From positions 48,746-112,745 of the forward strand of contig JBBTUT010000002.1 in assembly GCA_038063615.1 (NCBI GenBank): 64,000 nt of DNA, in the 5' to 3' direction. Shown here one piece after another: positions 47,433-55,785 of the stretch (the first letter of the stretch is position 1; each line of letters opens with the position of its first letter). A program made the position numbers and the translations under genes. Below the pieces are notes generated by a model. The model did not search any database, was not told where the DNA came from, and worked only from the letters and a program-made list of their open reading frames with translations. This DNA comes from Patescibacteria group bacterium (GTDB lineage: Bacteria; Patescibacteriota; Minisyncoccia; Phycocordibacterales; UBA1550).

Positions 47433-48017
47433 TTAAAGCTTGAATGTCTTCTTAATCTGCTCCACGCCTTCAACATCATGGGCGACAACAATACGAATAT
47501 ATTTTCGAACATCAAAACATTCTCCAACAAAATCAATCTCCTTGGTGCAAGGAAACGGCGTAATAAACACTGACTTTTGATACTGCGCACAACCAAGCTT
47601 CTTGAGGGCGAGATTGACTGCTCGACGCGCCATCTTTTTTTCTTCAGGAACATCGAACATAATTAAACGCCATGTTCCATCCCATTTTTTTTGAGGAGAT
47701 ATTTTCATCAAATCAAGCTGATTTCGCTTTGCGCGATTATACCCTAAGTCGGTAAGCGAATAATAATCATCTCCATTTTTCGTACTCTTTTTTACAAACC
47801 CTCTTTTCTCAAGCCGTGAAAATGAGCGGTGAACCTCCCATCTATCTTGAGAGTTTCGCGGAAGAAAATATTTAAAAAGTTGCACGGCGTTGGGAGCAAC
47901 GATTGCTGTTGTTAAAAGCCCAACACCAAGCAAAATATTCAGAATCATCTCCTGTCGTTCTTGTTTTTTCAAAATCATCTCCTGCTTCTTTTGTTTTTCT
48001 TTTTCTTGTTTTTTCAT
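47433..48017 (-). CDS. PaaX-family-like transcriptional regulator, paralog 2, with a K/E/Q-rich N-terminal extension
   Basis: SFSRLEKRGFVKKSTKNGDDYYSLTDLG (PaaX_N-like wHTH) and KKWDGTWRLIMFDVPEEKKMARRAVNLALKKLGCAQYQKSVFITP (PaaX_C-like). Homologous to the ORF at 16392..16946. Confidence 0.5.
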   Translation of the reverse strand: MKKQEKEKQKKQEMILKKQERQEMILNILLGVGLLTTAIVAPNAVQLFKYFLPRNSQDRWEVHRSFSRLEKRGFVKKSTKNGDDYYSLTDLGYNRAKRNQLDLMKISPQKKWDGTWRLIMFDVPEEKKMARRAVNLALKKLGCAQYQKSVFITPFPCTKEIDFVGECFDVRKYIRIVVAHDVEGVEQIKKTFKL

Positions 48018-48026
48018 ATTAAATCA

Positions 48027-48068
48027 TTTACAGCCTGTTTGATACTATAGTATCAAACAGGCTGTAAA
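48027..48068. repeat. Perfect 42 nt palindrome, family P2, 10 nt upstream of the PaaX-like gene 2 start
   Basis: tttacagcctgtttgatacta|tagtatcaaacaggctgtaaa. The 34 nt core is identical to the 47344..47389 copy. Confidence 0.8.
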
Positions 48069-48178
48069 TGTAAACAGGGATGAACAGGGAATTAAGGAAC
48101 TTACAAAAATCTACTGATTCGTCTATTTCGCTGACAAACTCACAAAAGTGACCCGTACAATTAAGGTCGAGCAACTTC

Positions 48179-49564
48179 TTAAAAAATATCGGCCTTTTTG
48201 TCTTCGTCGCTTTCTTCGACGATTTCAAAATCGTCTGTATTCGCTTCTGAGGAAGAATCAATTCCGCGTTCTTCCTTTTCTCGCGTGAGGCGAATGCCGC
48301 CGAGCGCAAAAACTCCGAGGAATGCGGCGCCGATATACCATGGCCACAAGCTCCCCTCTTTTTGTGTCAGCGGTGTTTGAGTATCGGGAAGCGCGACGAT
48401 GGCAGAAGCTTCTTGTTGTTGCGGTATTGATGCGGTGCGCGGTTGAGTGACAGCTTTCACTTTTGGTTTTTCTTCTGCTTTTGGAGCTGGCGCTTCTGCG
48501 GTTGCCGTTTCATTTTTGGTCTCAACGCGCGAGCCGTTCGGAAAACGGAGCTCGATGACGCTCCCCTCCGGCGTCGCAAGCCCCGTCACTTCGCTTGCAA
48601 AAGTCGCGTTCTTTTTTACACCGAGAATCGTATTTTTAGGAAATGTAAAAATTTTTTCAGCACTTGCAACTTGCCATCCCGACAAATCGATTTCGTCCCC
48701 TCCGCGATTTTGGATTGTAAAAAATGAGCGCGCCGTATCGCCACCCGCGTTCAAGGAGAGGACTGGCAAGACAACGCGCACGAGCATTCGGTCTGTCGCC
48801 GTCATGCTCCCCGACACGACATCGAGGACTGCGGTGTATTCGCCGGGATAATAATAGGTGTGCGAAACACTGCTGCCTTCCGCCGATGCGCCATCGCCAA
48901 ACGACCATGTCGTGCGCGCGGGCGCTGAATAACCATTTTCGAGGCCGGCAATTTTACCTTCAAAAATTATTGGCGCGCCCGCAAGCACCACCCGCGTTTG
49001 CGGTCCTGCTTGGGCGGTCATTTGAGAGCTTGTCGGCGCGGATGATGTGTTTGTATTTGCCACAGGCATCGTAGCGGTGTTTTGTGGAGCGACGCTTGTA
49101 CCCGGTGAAATTGCGTTTGCAACACCTGGTGTCGGTATTGCTTCGCTCCACACTCCGCCAATTTTCTGAGTAGAATTTTTGCTTCCTTTAATTCCGGTGT
49201 ACGAAACGGTGTCAATAGTATTTGTGTCTGACGACTTGATGCTGATTGTCTCGCCTACATCAAGCAATGAAAATGAGCTATCAAAAAGTATTCCAGAAAA
49301 TCCACTGTGTTCAGTTAAAAATGCTGTCGCATCGTCTGCTATAATCGCGTAACCGCCAGAAGCGAGTGTTACATCTCCCTGCACTGATTTTAATTTGTGA
49401 TTTGTTCCCCCTTCAAAAAATTTCCACAGAGACAAATCGGCTGACGCTCCGCTGTTTGAAATCTCAATCCATTCATTTCCCGTGTATTTTATTTCTGAAA
49501 TCAAAACCTGCGCGGACACCATCCGCGCAAAAAATAATATTGAAATAACTGCTATCGTTTTCAT
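48179..49564 (-). CDS. Secreted, membrane-anchored surface protein with two lamin-tail (LTD) domains and a PKD domain. Start set at MKTIAVISILFF (signal peptide).
   Basis: VLISEIKYTGNEWIEISN is an LTD motif, SFGDGASAEGSSVSHTYYYPGEYTAVLDV is a PKD motif, and there is a C-terminal TM helix plus acidic tail. Confidence 0.55.
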   Translation of the reverse strand: MKTIAVISILFFARMVSAQVLISEIKYTGNEWIEISNSGASADLSLWKFFEGGTNHKLKSVQGDVTLASGGYAIIADDATAFLTEHSGFSGILFDSSFSLLDVGETISIKSSDTNTIDTVSYTGIKGSKNSTQKIGGVWSEAIPTPGVANAISPGTSVAPQNTATMPVANTNTSSAPTSSQMTAQAGPQTRVVLAGAPIIFEGKIAGLENGYSAPARTTWSFGDGASAEGSSVSHTYYYPGEYTAVLDVVSGSMTATDRMLVRVVLPVLSLNAGGDTARSFFTIQNRGGDEIDLSGWQVASAEKIFTFPKNTILGVKKNATFASEVTGLATPEGSVIELRFPNGSRVETKNETATAEAPAPKAEEKPKVKAVTQPRTASIPQQQEASAIVALPDTQTPLTQKEGSLWPWYIGAAFLGVFALGGIRLTREKEERGIDSSSEANTDDFEIVEESDEDKKADIF

Positions 49565-49723
49565 AAAGACCCGCTGTGTAAAAATTTTTGTAACGAAACT
49601 TTCAATTTTCTCGGCGAGGCGAAGAGAAAATTCTAAAGAATATCGGGATATTTTGAAGAATTTTATCGAAGCCATAGCCGAAAATTTAAAGTTGTAGTAA
49701 AAATTTTTACACAGCGGGTCTTT
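49565..49723. repeat. 25 bp perfect inverted repeats (aaagacccgctgtgtaaaaattttt / aaaaatttttacacagcgggtcttt) separated by 109 nt. The left arm abuts the LTD-gene start codon and the right arm overlaps the stop of the upstream ATPase gene.
   Basis: Read from the sequence. Confidence 0.7.
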
Positions 49724-51696
49724 TAATCATCCCCGCGCAAGATTGCGGTGAGCACATCTTCGGGAACTTCTCTGACTTTCGGTTCTTCGCGTTTTTGTTC
49801 CGGTGCGCGCGGCGACTCCGCACGGTTTCCTTCGCTTGCTTGCGGTACTGCTTTTGGCGCATGCGCTGATTGTGTGCGCGCATGCGGTGGCGGTGGAACA
49901 ACCGAGGCAACGGGTTTCTTTTCTGTCCCAATGACTCCCGCGAGCGCATCTTTCAAGCTCCCCAAATTCCCCACGCTCGGACCTTTGCTTTTCACGGGCA
50001 CAAAACCGCCATTCTCCGGTCTTGATTGAGCGAGGGTTGAAAGGGGGACGGCTTTTCCTGCGTCCTTTTGTGCGGAATAATTTTCGCGAGCCTCAATTTT
50101 CGGGATGTCCTTGAATGCCTGCGCAAACGGCTTTTCGAGCTTCTCCGGTCTGGATATTTCCTCTCGTTTTGGTTGTGGCTTTTCAATTCGCTCGGCTTGT
50201 CCGCCTAGGTTTTTCTCAGCAAAATTTTGACGAGGTCGCTCGAACATCGCATTGCTGTTTCGCTTTACAAGTGGCGCGCGTTCCGCCGGCGTTTCTTTTT
50301 TTGGTACATAGTCCGTGCGCGGAGCAGTGCGTTCAGGTACTTGCGCATGTCGCGCTTCAATGGACACTGCACGACGCGATTCTGCAGAATCGTCATTTCC
50401 TCCGCCAAACCATTCGGCAATATCCTTTTCCACTTTCTCGCGCGGATGCCCATAGAGCTCGCGCGACGACTTGATGACTTCATCGCGAAGCGATTTTGCA
50501 GGTGCCGCGATAGGTCCGAGCGTGACCGCCGAGAATGGGTGCGAAGCAACGCCATCGATCATGAGTTTCAGATAAATCTGCGTGAAGCCCAGGCTCACCA
50601 TATCCTCTGCTGTAAAAACGGGAGCATATTCTTTTTCAAGTTCCTCTGCATCCGGCGCGCCGACGCGAAACATAATCTGTGTGCCGACATTGCCAAAAAC
50701 CGCATCGGCAACCTTCTCATCCATTTGTTTGATGTACTGGTGCGCAATAGTCAAAGCGAGCTTGTATTTGCGCGCCTCGGACAAAATATCCGCAAATGAC
50801 TCGTTGGCAAAGTTCTGAAACTCATCCACATACATATAAAAGTTGGGGAGCTTTTTGAGCTCACCCTCGGTGAGGTCCGCGCGCGACATCGCCGCAAGAT
50901 AGATCTTGGTAATAATCATGCCTCCCAAAAGGGCAGCGTTCCCCTCGCCAAGCTGACCTTTTGAAAGATTCACAATGAGGATCTTTCGCTCGTCCATCAT
51001 TGTGCGCAGGTCAAAGCTCGAGTGTGGCTGTCCGATGATATTTCTGATGAGCGGATTTGAGGTGAACTGCCCGAGCTTGTTTTGCACAGCGGGAGTCGCC
51101 TCTGCTGCAAACTTTTCGGTATACTTTGCAAACTCCTCAACCCAATAGGCCTTTACCGACGGGTCCTTCACATTGTCCACGACTTTCTTTCGGTACACTT
51201 TGTCGGTGAGCATTCTGTTCACGCCAAGAAGTGTCGAGTCTGGGTATTCAAGAAGAGCGAGGAGGCAGTTCATAAGAATGTATTGCATTCTGTCTGAGAA
51301 AGATTCTGCTCCAAAAATCTTTTTGAACGCACTGAGAAGGCCATTGGCAACGAGATGTCGCTTGTCTTTACCTACATCCTCCATCACATTGAAAGAAATA
51401 GGGTAATCAGAATCAAACGGTGCAAAGTAAACAACATCTTTTATTCGGTCTTCTGGAATATAATCAAGAAGGAGCGCTGCGGATTTGCCGTGCGGGTCGA
51501 TGAACGCAAACCCTTCGCCGTTCTTGATATCCTGTACCACCATGTTTTCAATACAGGTCGACTTCCCCATACCGGTCTTCCCGATGATGTACATATGCCG
51601 CGTGCGGTCCTCCGCCTTGATCCCAAACGGAATTCGTTTGTTGCGCCGATCCGTCTCGGCGAAATAGGTGATGCGATTTTTGTCGTAGAGGTACAT
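49723..51696 (-). CDS. TraD/VirD4/TrwB-family (type IV coupling-protein-like) P-loop ATPase, soluble, with a long low-complexity C-terminal tail
   Basis: YIIGKTGMGKST Walker A, FAFIDPHGK, and YMYVDEFQNF Walker B. The last 250 aa are P/E/K/A-rich and likely disordered. Confidence 0.5.
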   Translation of the reverse strand: MYLYDKNRITYFAETDRRNKRIPFGIKAEDRTRHMYIIGKTGMGKSTCIENMVVQDIKNGEGFAFIDPHGKSAALLLDYIPEDRIKDVVYFAPFDSDYPISFNVMEDVGKDKRHLVANGLLSAFKKIFGAESFSDRMQYILMNCLLALLEYPDSTLLGVNRMLTDKVYRKKVVDNVKDPSVKAYWVEEFAKYTEKFAAEATPAVQNKLGQFTSNPLIRNIIGQPHSSFDLRTMMDERKILIVNLSKGQLGEGNAALLGGMIITKIYLAAMSRADLTEGELKKLPNFYMYVDEFQNFANESFADILSEARKYKLALTIAHQYIKQMDEKVADAVFGNVGTQIMFRVGAPDAEELEKEYAPVFTAEDMVSLGFTQIYLKLMIDGVASHPFSAVTLGPIAAPAKSLRDEVIKSSRELYGHPREKVEKDIAEWFGGGNDDSAESRRAVSIEARHAQVPERTAPRTDYVPKKETPAERAPLVKRNSNAMFERPRQNFAEKNLGGQAERIEKPQPKREEISRPEKLEKPFAQAFKDIPKIEARENYSAQKDAGKAVPLSTLAQSRPENGGFVPVKSKGPSVGNLGSLKDALAGVIGTEKKPVASVVPPPPHARTQSAHAPKAVPQASEGNRAESPRAPEQKREEPKVREVPEDVLTAILRGDD

Positions 51697-51756
51697 TGGT
51701 ATCAGTATACGAAAAAAATAGCGACCTGTACATTACGCAGGTCGCTATTTTCGTTT

Positions 51757-53016
51757 TTACTCCCCTCTCAGCGCCTCCTTCGTATACACATTCCTCGGGT
51801 CCCAGAGGAACCAGGAGTTGAGGCCGGAGTCGTAGGTGGCTTGGATCTGCGCGCGGACTTCCGTGGCGCCGTAGTTGCCACCGTAGTCAAAATCTTGGAG
51901 CCACGGACGGAGCTTGTTTCGGCTGTATGGTTCTTTTGTATAAAGTGCGGGCGTCGAGGTGCCGATGCGCTGTGCTCCAAGGTGAAGCGCGGGGGTCGTC
52001 GTTGCTTCGGCTCTCTCTGCGGCGCGACTCATCGAAAACTGCACAACATCGTACACATGCTGATTTGGATTTTTCCAGCCATTGAAATTTGGCGGATAGT
52101 GCGACGGGTACACCATCGGCGAAACGAAATCAAAGTATGGGAGCGCGCGCTCGAGCACTTGCCCGATATTCAGGTCGTCGGTATTGGTCGCGGTCATTCC
52201 AAAAAGATCGGCGGAAAGCTTTGCTCCCGTATCTTTGAGCGCGTCGTGCAAGTATGCGAAAAAATGCTCGAGCGCCTCCTCCTTGCTCACCCCTTTTTCT
52301 CCCCACGAAAAATAAATGTTCTTCATATCGCCGTCCGAAGGAAAACGAATGTAATCAAAATTGAGTTCGTCGAAACCCAGCGCATACGACTCTTTGCCGA
52401 GTGCTGCGATGTAGTCCCAAAACGGCTTCGCGCTCACATCCACGAAACTCAAACCTTTTTTGTCTTTCCATACCCCGCCATCGCTCGCGCGCTTGACCGC
52501 GAACTCAGGGTGAATCTTTGTATAATAGGGATCCTGAAACACCGTGATGCGCGCGATGGCATAGATTCCCTTTTCGTGAAGATGCGCGATGAATTCACGG
52601 AGGTCTTTCGTACGGCACCCCAGACCAACATTGTCTTTGAGGAGCGGGTCTGTCGCTGGAAACACGATTGTACCGCTGAAATCCTTCACATCGATGATGA
52701 TGCTGTTCACCTCTGTCATGTCGGCGATATGCACCAGCTTTTCACGAAAGCTCGGCATCGTCGCAACGCATGCGGTCATATAGATTGCCTTCACCGCATC
52801 GGGAGTTTCGATATGGGTCACCTTGACCTCGAGCTTGTCCAATAACACATTCAAAGCGACATCCTCAGAAGTCGTCGCTGTGGTGACGGGGATATCGCCG
52901 GCTTCATCCGAACGATACGCCACCGAGAAAATCGTGGGGATAAAAAAATAAAAGACGGAGAATGCTCCGGCTGCAAAGACACCCCCTATCGCGATGTGCT
53001 TGTGCGCGCGCTTCAT
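51757..53016 (-). CDS. Putative glycoside-hydrolase-like TIM-barrel protein (DUF4015/YngK-like) with an N-terminal TM anchor
   Basis: IIIDVKDFSGTIVFP ... GIYAIARITVFQDP ... FDELNFDYIRFP pattern. The family assignment is tentative. Confidence 0.35.
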   Translation of the reverse strand: MKRAHKHIAIGGVFAAGAFSVFYFFIPTIFSVAYRSDEAGDIPVTTATTSEDVALNVLLDKLEVKVTHIETPDAVKAIYMTACVATMPSFREKLVHIADMTEVNSIIIDVKDFSGTIVFPATDPLLKDNVGLGCRTKDLREFIAHLHEKGIYAIARITVFQDPYYTKIHPEFAVKRASDGGVWKDKKGLSFVDVSAKPFWDYIAALGKESYALGFDELNFDYIRFPSDGDMKNIYFSWGEKGVSKEEALEHFFAYLHDALKDTGAKLSADLFGMTATNTDDLNIGQVLERALPYFDFVSPMVYPSHYPPNFNGWKNPNQHVYDVVQFSMSRAAERAEATTTPALHLGAQRIGTSTPALYTKEPYSRNKLRPWLQDFDYGGNYGATEVRAQIQATYDSGLNSWFLWDPRNVYTKEALRGE

Positions 53017-53249
53017 TATTGTGTATGAGGAGGGACTATTTCACTCTCGGCAGACGGGAGGGCCTGCTCGGCATCGTCGATGAGTTTTTTGCAGTTACTG
53101 CAATAAGTGACCGATGAGAGATACGCGAGAACCACGATACCAAGCCCGCTTGCGACGAGAAGAGTCGTTTGCACCCACGATGGAAGCCCGAGGATAGGGA
53201 GCGCCACCACCAAAGCGCCGAGGAATATCATTGCAGTGTGTTTTGTCAT
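53016..53249 (-). CDS. Small 77 aa two-TM membrane protein with a CxxC near the C-terminus
   Basis: MTKHTAMIFLGALVVALPILGLPSWVQTTLLVASGLGIVVLAYLSSVTYCSNCKK. A family P1 palindrome sits at its start. Confidence 0.3.
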   Translation of the reverse strand: MTKHTAMIFLGALVVALPILGLPSWVQTTLLVASGLGIVVLAYLSSVTYCSNCKKLIDDAEQALPSAESEIVPPHTQ

Positions 53250-53303
53250 AGGGATAGAATACAGGGAATAATGAAAATATTCAATAGCGATGATCGGACC
53301 ACC

Positions 53304-53347
53304 GCCCATTATCTATTTCAAGTCATGACTTGAAATAGATAATGGGC
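53304..53347. repeat. Perfect 44 nt palindrome, family P1, third copy, far from the PaaX-like genes
   Basis: gcccattatctatttcaagtca|tgacttgaaatagataatgggc. Confidence 0.8.
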
Positions 53348-53361
53348 ACATTTACTTTTAA

Positions 53362-54072
53362 CTAGCGCGCAGGCGCCACTATTACCACAAACTCTCCGCG
53401 GACGCGGTCGGGTTTTTGGGCAAAATGAGCGCGCGCCTCGGCGACCGTGCCTCGCACAAATTCCTCATATATTTTGGTCAGCTCACGCGCGACAATGACG
53501 CCACGGTCTGCGCCACAAAATTTCTCGAGCGACTCAAGCGCTTTTTCGATGCGATGCGGTGATTCGTAAAATGCCATTACGCGCTTTGACTCGGCAATCT
53601 CTTTGAACAAAGTTTCCCTGCCTTTCTTGTGCGGAAGAAACCCGAGAAAGGTGAACTCCGCAACCGAGATGCCCGCCGCCGAGAGCGCGGTCACGAGCGC
53701 GGATGGTCCGGGAATTGGGACAATCAAAACCGCGTCGCCAAATTTTTCACGCACCTGCGCGACGAGGAGCATCCCCGGGTCCGAGATGCACGGTGTTCCA
53801 GCATCCGATACGAGCGCGAGATTTTTCCCCTCTTCGAGAAGCGCGAGAATTTTGTCCACCTTCGCGAGCTTCGACTGCGCATGGTAGCTCATCTTGGGCG
53901 TCGCGATGTCATATTTGGAAAGCAACCGCCCCGTCACGCGCGTATCCTCGCACAAAATGAGATCAACCTCTTTGAGCACGCGCAAAGCCCGCAGGGTGAC
54001 ATCCTCGAGGTTTCCTATCGGCGTGCCGATGATGAAAAGTTTGCCTTGAATTTTATTGGAAGGTGTTGCCAT
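53362..54072 (-). CDS. rsmI: 16S rRNA (cytidine1402-2'-O)-methyltransferase
   Basis: LFIIGTPIGNLEDVTLRALRVLKEVDLILCEDTR, a tetrapyrrole-methylase fold of the RsmI type. Confidence 0.85.
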   Translation of the reverse strand: MATPSNKIQGKLFIIGTPIGNLEDVTLRALRVLKEVDLILCEDTRVTGRLLSKYDIATPKMSYHAQSKLAKVDKILALLEEGKNLALVSDAGTPCISDPGMLLVAQVREKFGDAVLIVPIPGPSALVTALSAAGISVAEFTFLGFLPHKKGRETLFKEIAESKRVMAFYESPHRIEKALESLEKFCGADRGVIVARELTKIYEEFVRGTVAEARAHFAQKPDRVRGEFVVIVAPAR

Positions 54073-54078
54073 AGTTTT

Positions 54079-54759
54079 TTATTGAGAAAGTATTTCCTCC
54101 GCACGCTTAATGTCATACGGATACGCGATCGGGATCCAGAGTTCGCTCTCCACCACCTGCATCGGATGGTCGTGTATGTATCGTTCGATCATCTCCGTCA
54201 AATAGTACTCGCCATTTTTTGTATGTTTGGCTTCATAGTCAAAAATTTTAGGAGTGAGCACATATACGCCCGTTGCCACAAGATTTGATTTTGGATGCTC
54301 GGGCTTCTCTTCGATGTTTTGAATTGTGCCATCCTCGCGCATGACCACCACACCAAAAGCGCGCGGATCATCAACAAAAGAGACAAGGAGTGCCGAATCA
54401 TTCTTCATGCATTGAGCAATACTTTCTTTCCCATGAATGTCATCAGCGTACATAAGCAAAAACTTTTCTTCATTCTCGAGATGCAGGCGACAAAGCTTGA
54501 GTGCGTGCGCGGTGCCAAGCGGTTCATCCTGTTCGACATAGGTCACCCGCTTCCCCAAAAATGTATCACCCAAAAAATCGTGCATCATTTCGCTCTTGTA
54601 CCCCACGACGATCACCACTTCGTTGATGACCTCGGGCAACGCTTCCCAGATATGCTGGATGAGCGGTTTGCCGAGGACCTCGACGAGCGGTTTCGGCCGC
54701 TCAAGCGTAAGCGGATGGAGCCGTCTCCCCTCTCCTGCCGCGATGATAACTGCTTTCAT
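54079..54759 (-). CDS. Sugar-phosphate nucleotidyltransferase (NTP_transferase, e.g. glucose-1-phosphate thymidylyl/uridylyltransferase-like)
   Basis: MKAVIIAAGEGRRLHPLT..PKPLV is the G-x-G-T-R nucleotidyltransferase N-terminus. Confidence 0.8.
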   Translation of the reverse strand: MKAVIIAAGEGRRLHPLTLERPKPLVEVLGKPLIQHIWEALPEVINEVVIVVGYKSEMMHDFLGDTFLGKRVTYVEQDEPLGTAHALKLCRLHLENEEKFLLMYADDIHGKESIAQCMKNDSALLVSFVDDPRAFGVVVMREDGTIQNIEEKPEHPKSNLVATGVYVLTPKIFDYEAKHTKNGEYYLTEMIERYIHDHPMQVVESELWIPIAYPYDIKRAEEILSQ

Positions 54760-54925
54760 CCCGTTAGAGACAGGAGATTTGTCCCGTTAGAAGTCGCGAG
54801 GGTTCGCAGCGTGTAGTCACTTCTAACGGGATAAAATCTCCGTGCCTAATTACATTATACTGCCAATAATATTTATTCAACATATGTCTATATTACCAAA
54901 AAATAACATAAGGGTCTCTAACGGG
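54760..54925. repeat. Composite MITE-like cassette. An outer copy (arms cccgttagagac / gtctctaacggg) carries a nested 48 bp mini-copy (cccgttagaagt-gac...gtc-acttctaacggg at 54783..54830). It abuts the start codon of the NTP-transferase gene.
   Basis: All four arms were read from the sequence. The nested copy has extended flanking inverted repeats ggagattt / aaatctcc. Confidence 0.5.
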
Positions 54926-55001
54926 ATTCATACTGATTGCAATCATAGCAAACCCGCACGAACAAAAAAAGGGGCCGGTAGCAACCGACCCCTCGAATAA
55001 C

Positions 55002-55460
55002 TCAAACAGAAGCTTTCTTTAATGCATCTACAGCGATCTTCCCGAGAGTGAAACTTCCACCACAATCTTCTCCTGACCCGATGAAGTCGAGCCCCTCCGC
55101 TTTTGCGAAGCTCTCTTTCTTTTGAAGATCACCTGAGCACCCGACAAGGTGGACATTCTCGCTTCTAACACGGTCCAGCGCTATCTTTATGAATGTTAGC
55201 GTCGTTACGATCTTGTTCTCTTTTTTTAGGGTATCCGTAGATGACGAGAACCCCGCCAAATACACAAAAGCCATCTCGACTTCTTTATCCCATAAAAGAT
55301 CGAGAATCTTTGGAATCTGCACCAGGGTTACATCTTCTTTCCCGGACACAACAACCAAAGAACCTTCCCCGTAAACCCCTGTTTCGAACGGTATGTTGTC
55401 TTCCGGGTTTATAATGGAGTGACAACTCATCAGCAAAGTACACTTCCTCTTTTGATTCAT
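55002..55460 (-). CDS. Hypothetical protein, 152 aa
   Basis: ORF only. Weak resemblance to a DsrE/YchN-like fold (VHLVGCSGDL); not callable. Confidence 0.25.
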   Translation of the reverse strand: MNQKRKCTLLMSCHSIINPEDNIPFETGVYGEGSLVVVSGKEDVTLVQIPKILDLLWDKEVEMAFVYLAGFSSSTDTLKKENKIVTTLTFIKIALDRVRSENVHLVGCSGDLQKKESFAKAEGLDFIGSGEDCGGSFTLGKIAVDALKKASV

Positions 55461-55547
55461 AGCTCCTCCTCCTTCATTTTTTTGATTTACTGTTTCTACC
55501 CAAATACTAGCATTTTAATGGACAAAGTCAAGACTAAAATCTGTGCG

Positions 55548-55617
55548 CGATGGAGGCACTCGAACATGGGACCTCGTCGTTATCAGGGCGACGGGAGTGC
55601 CCGCATCCGTCGCCCGC
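55548..55617 (-). pseudogene. tRNA-Ile-like pseudo-copy D: D-arm 3' part, a 28 nt GC hairpin insert (GGCGACGGATGCGGGCACTCCCGTCGCC), anticodon loop CTGATAA, a degenerate T-arm and a 3' acceptor strand
   Basis: Aligned by eye to the intact tRNA-Ile. The T-stem strands are not complementary and there is no 5' acceptor strand. Confidence 0.4.
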
Positions 55618-55644
55618 TCTATCTAAATTAAGTTCATTGTGCGC

Positions 55645-55670
55645 GATCCAGGACTCGAACATGGGAAACT
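55645..55670 (-). pseudogene. Partial tRNA-Ile copy: T-arm plus 3' acceptor strand (CCCATGTTCGAGTCCTGGATCGCGCA), 17 nt after the intact gene
   Basis: Near-identical to the 3' 26 nt of the tRNA-Ile, with one T-stem mismatch. Confidence 0.5.
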
Positions 55671-55686
55671 TATCTGCTTTTCAAAG

Positions 55687-55760
55687 TGCGCGATCCAGGA
55701 CTCGAACCTGGGACCTCGTCATTATCAGTGACGCGCTCTAACCACCTGAGCTAATCGCGC
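55687..55760 (-). tRNA. tRNA-Ile (anticodon GAU), 74 nt, no encoded CCA
   Basis: GCGCGATTAGCTCAGGTGGTTAGAGCGCGTCACTGATAATGACGAGGTCCCAGGTTCGAGTCCTGGATCGCGCA. A 7 bp acceptor stem, GTGG D-loop, anticodon loop CTGATAA and TTCGAGT T-loop. Confidence 0.85.
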
Positions 55761-55785
55761 ACTTTGAAAACCAATTTTAAAAACC

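Noticed and set aside
51355-52845. Long 496 aa plus-strand ORF
   Set aside because: It spans two well-supported minus-strand genes (TraD-like ATPase and GH-like protein) and their intergenic terminator-like region, and has no recognisable motifs. Treated as an antisense artefact of GC-rich coding sequence.
55641-55670. The tRNA-Ile 3' fragment as proof of a genomic island boundary
   Set aside because: The fragment is only 17 nt from the intact gene with nothing island-like between them. It is more likely a local duplication or rearrangement scar, so no island was called.
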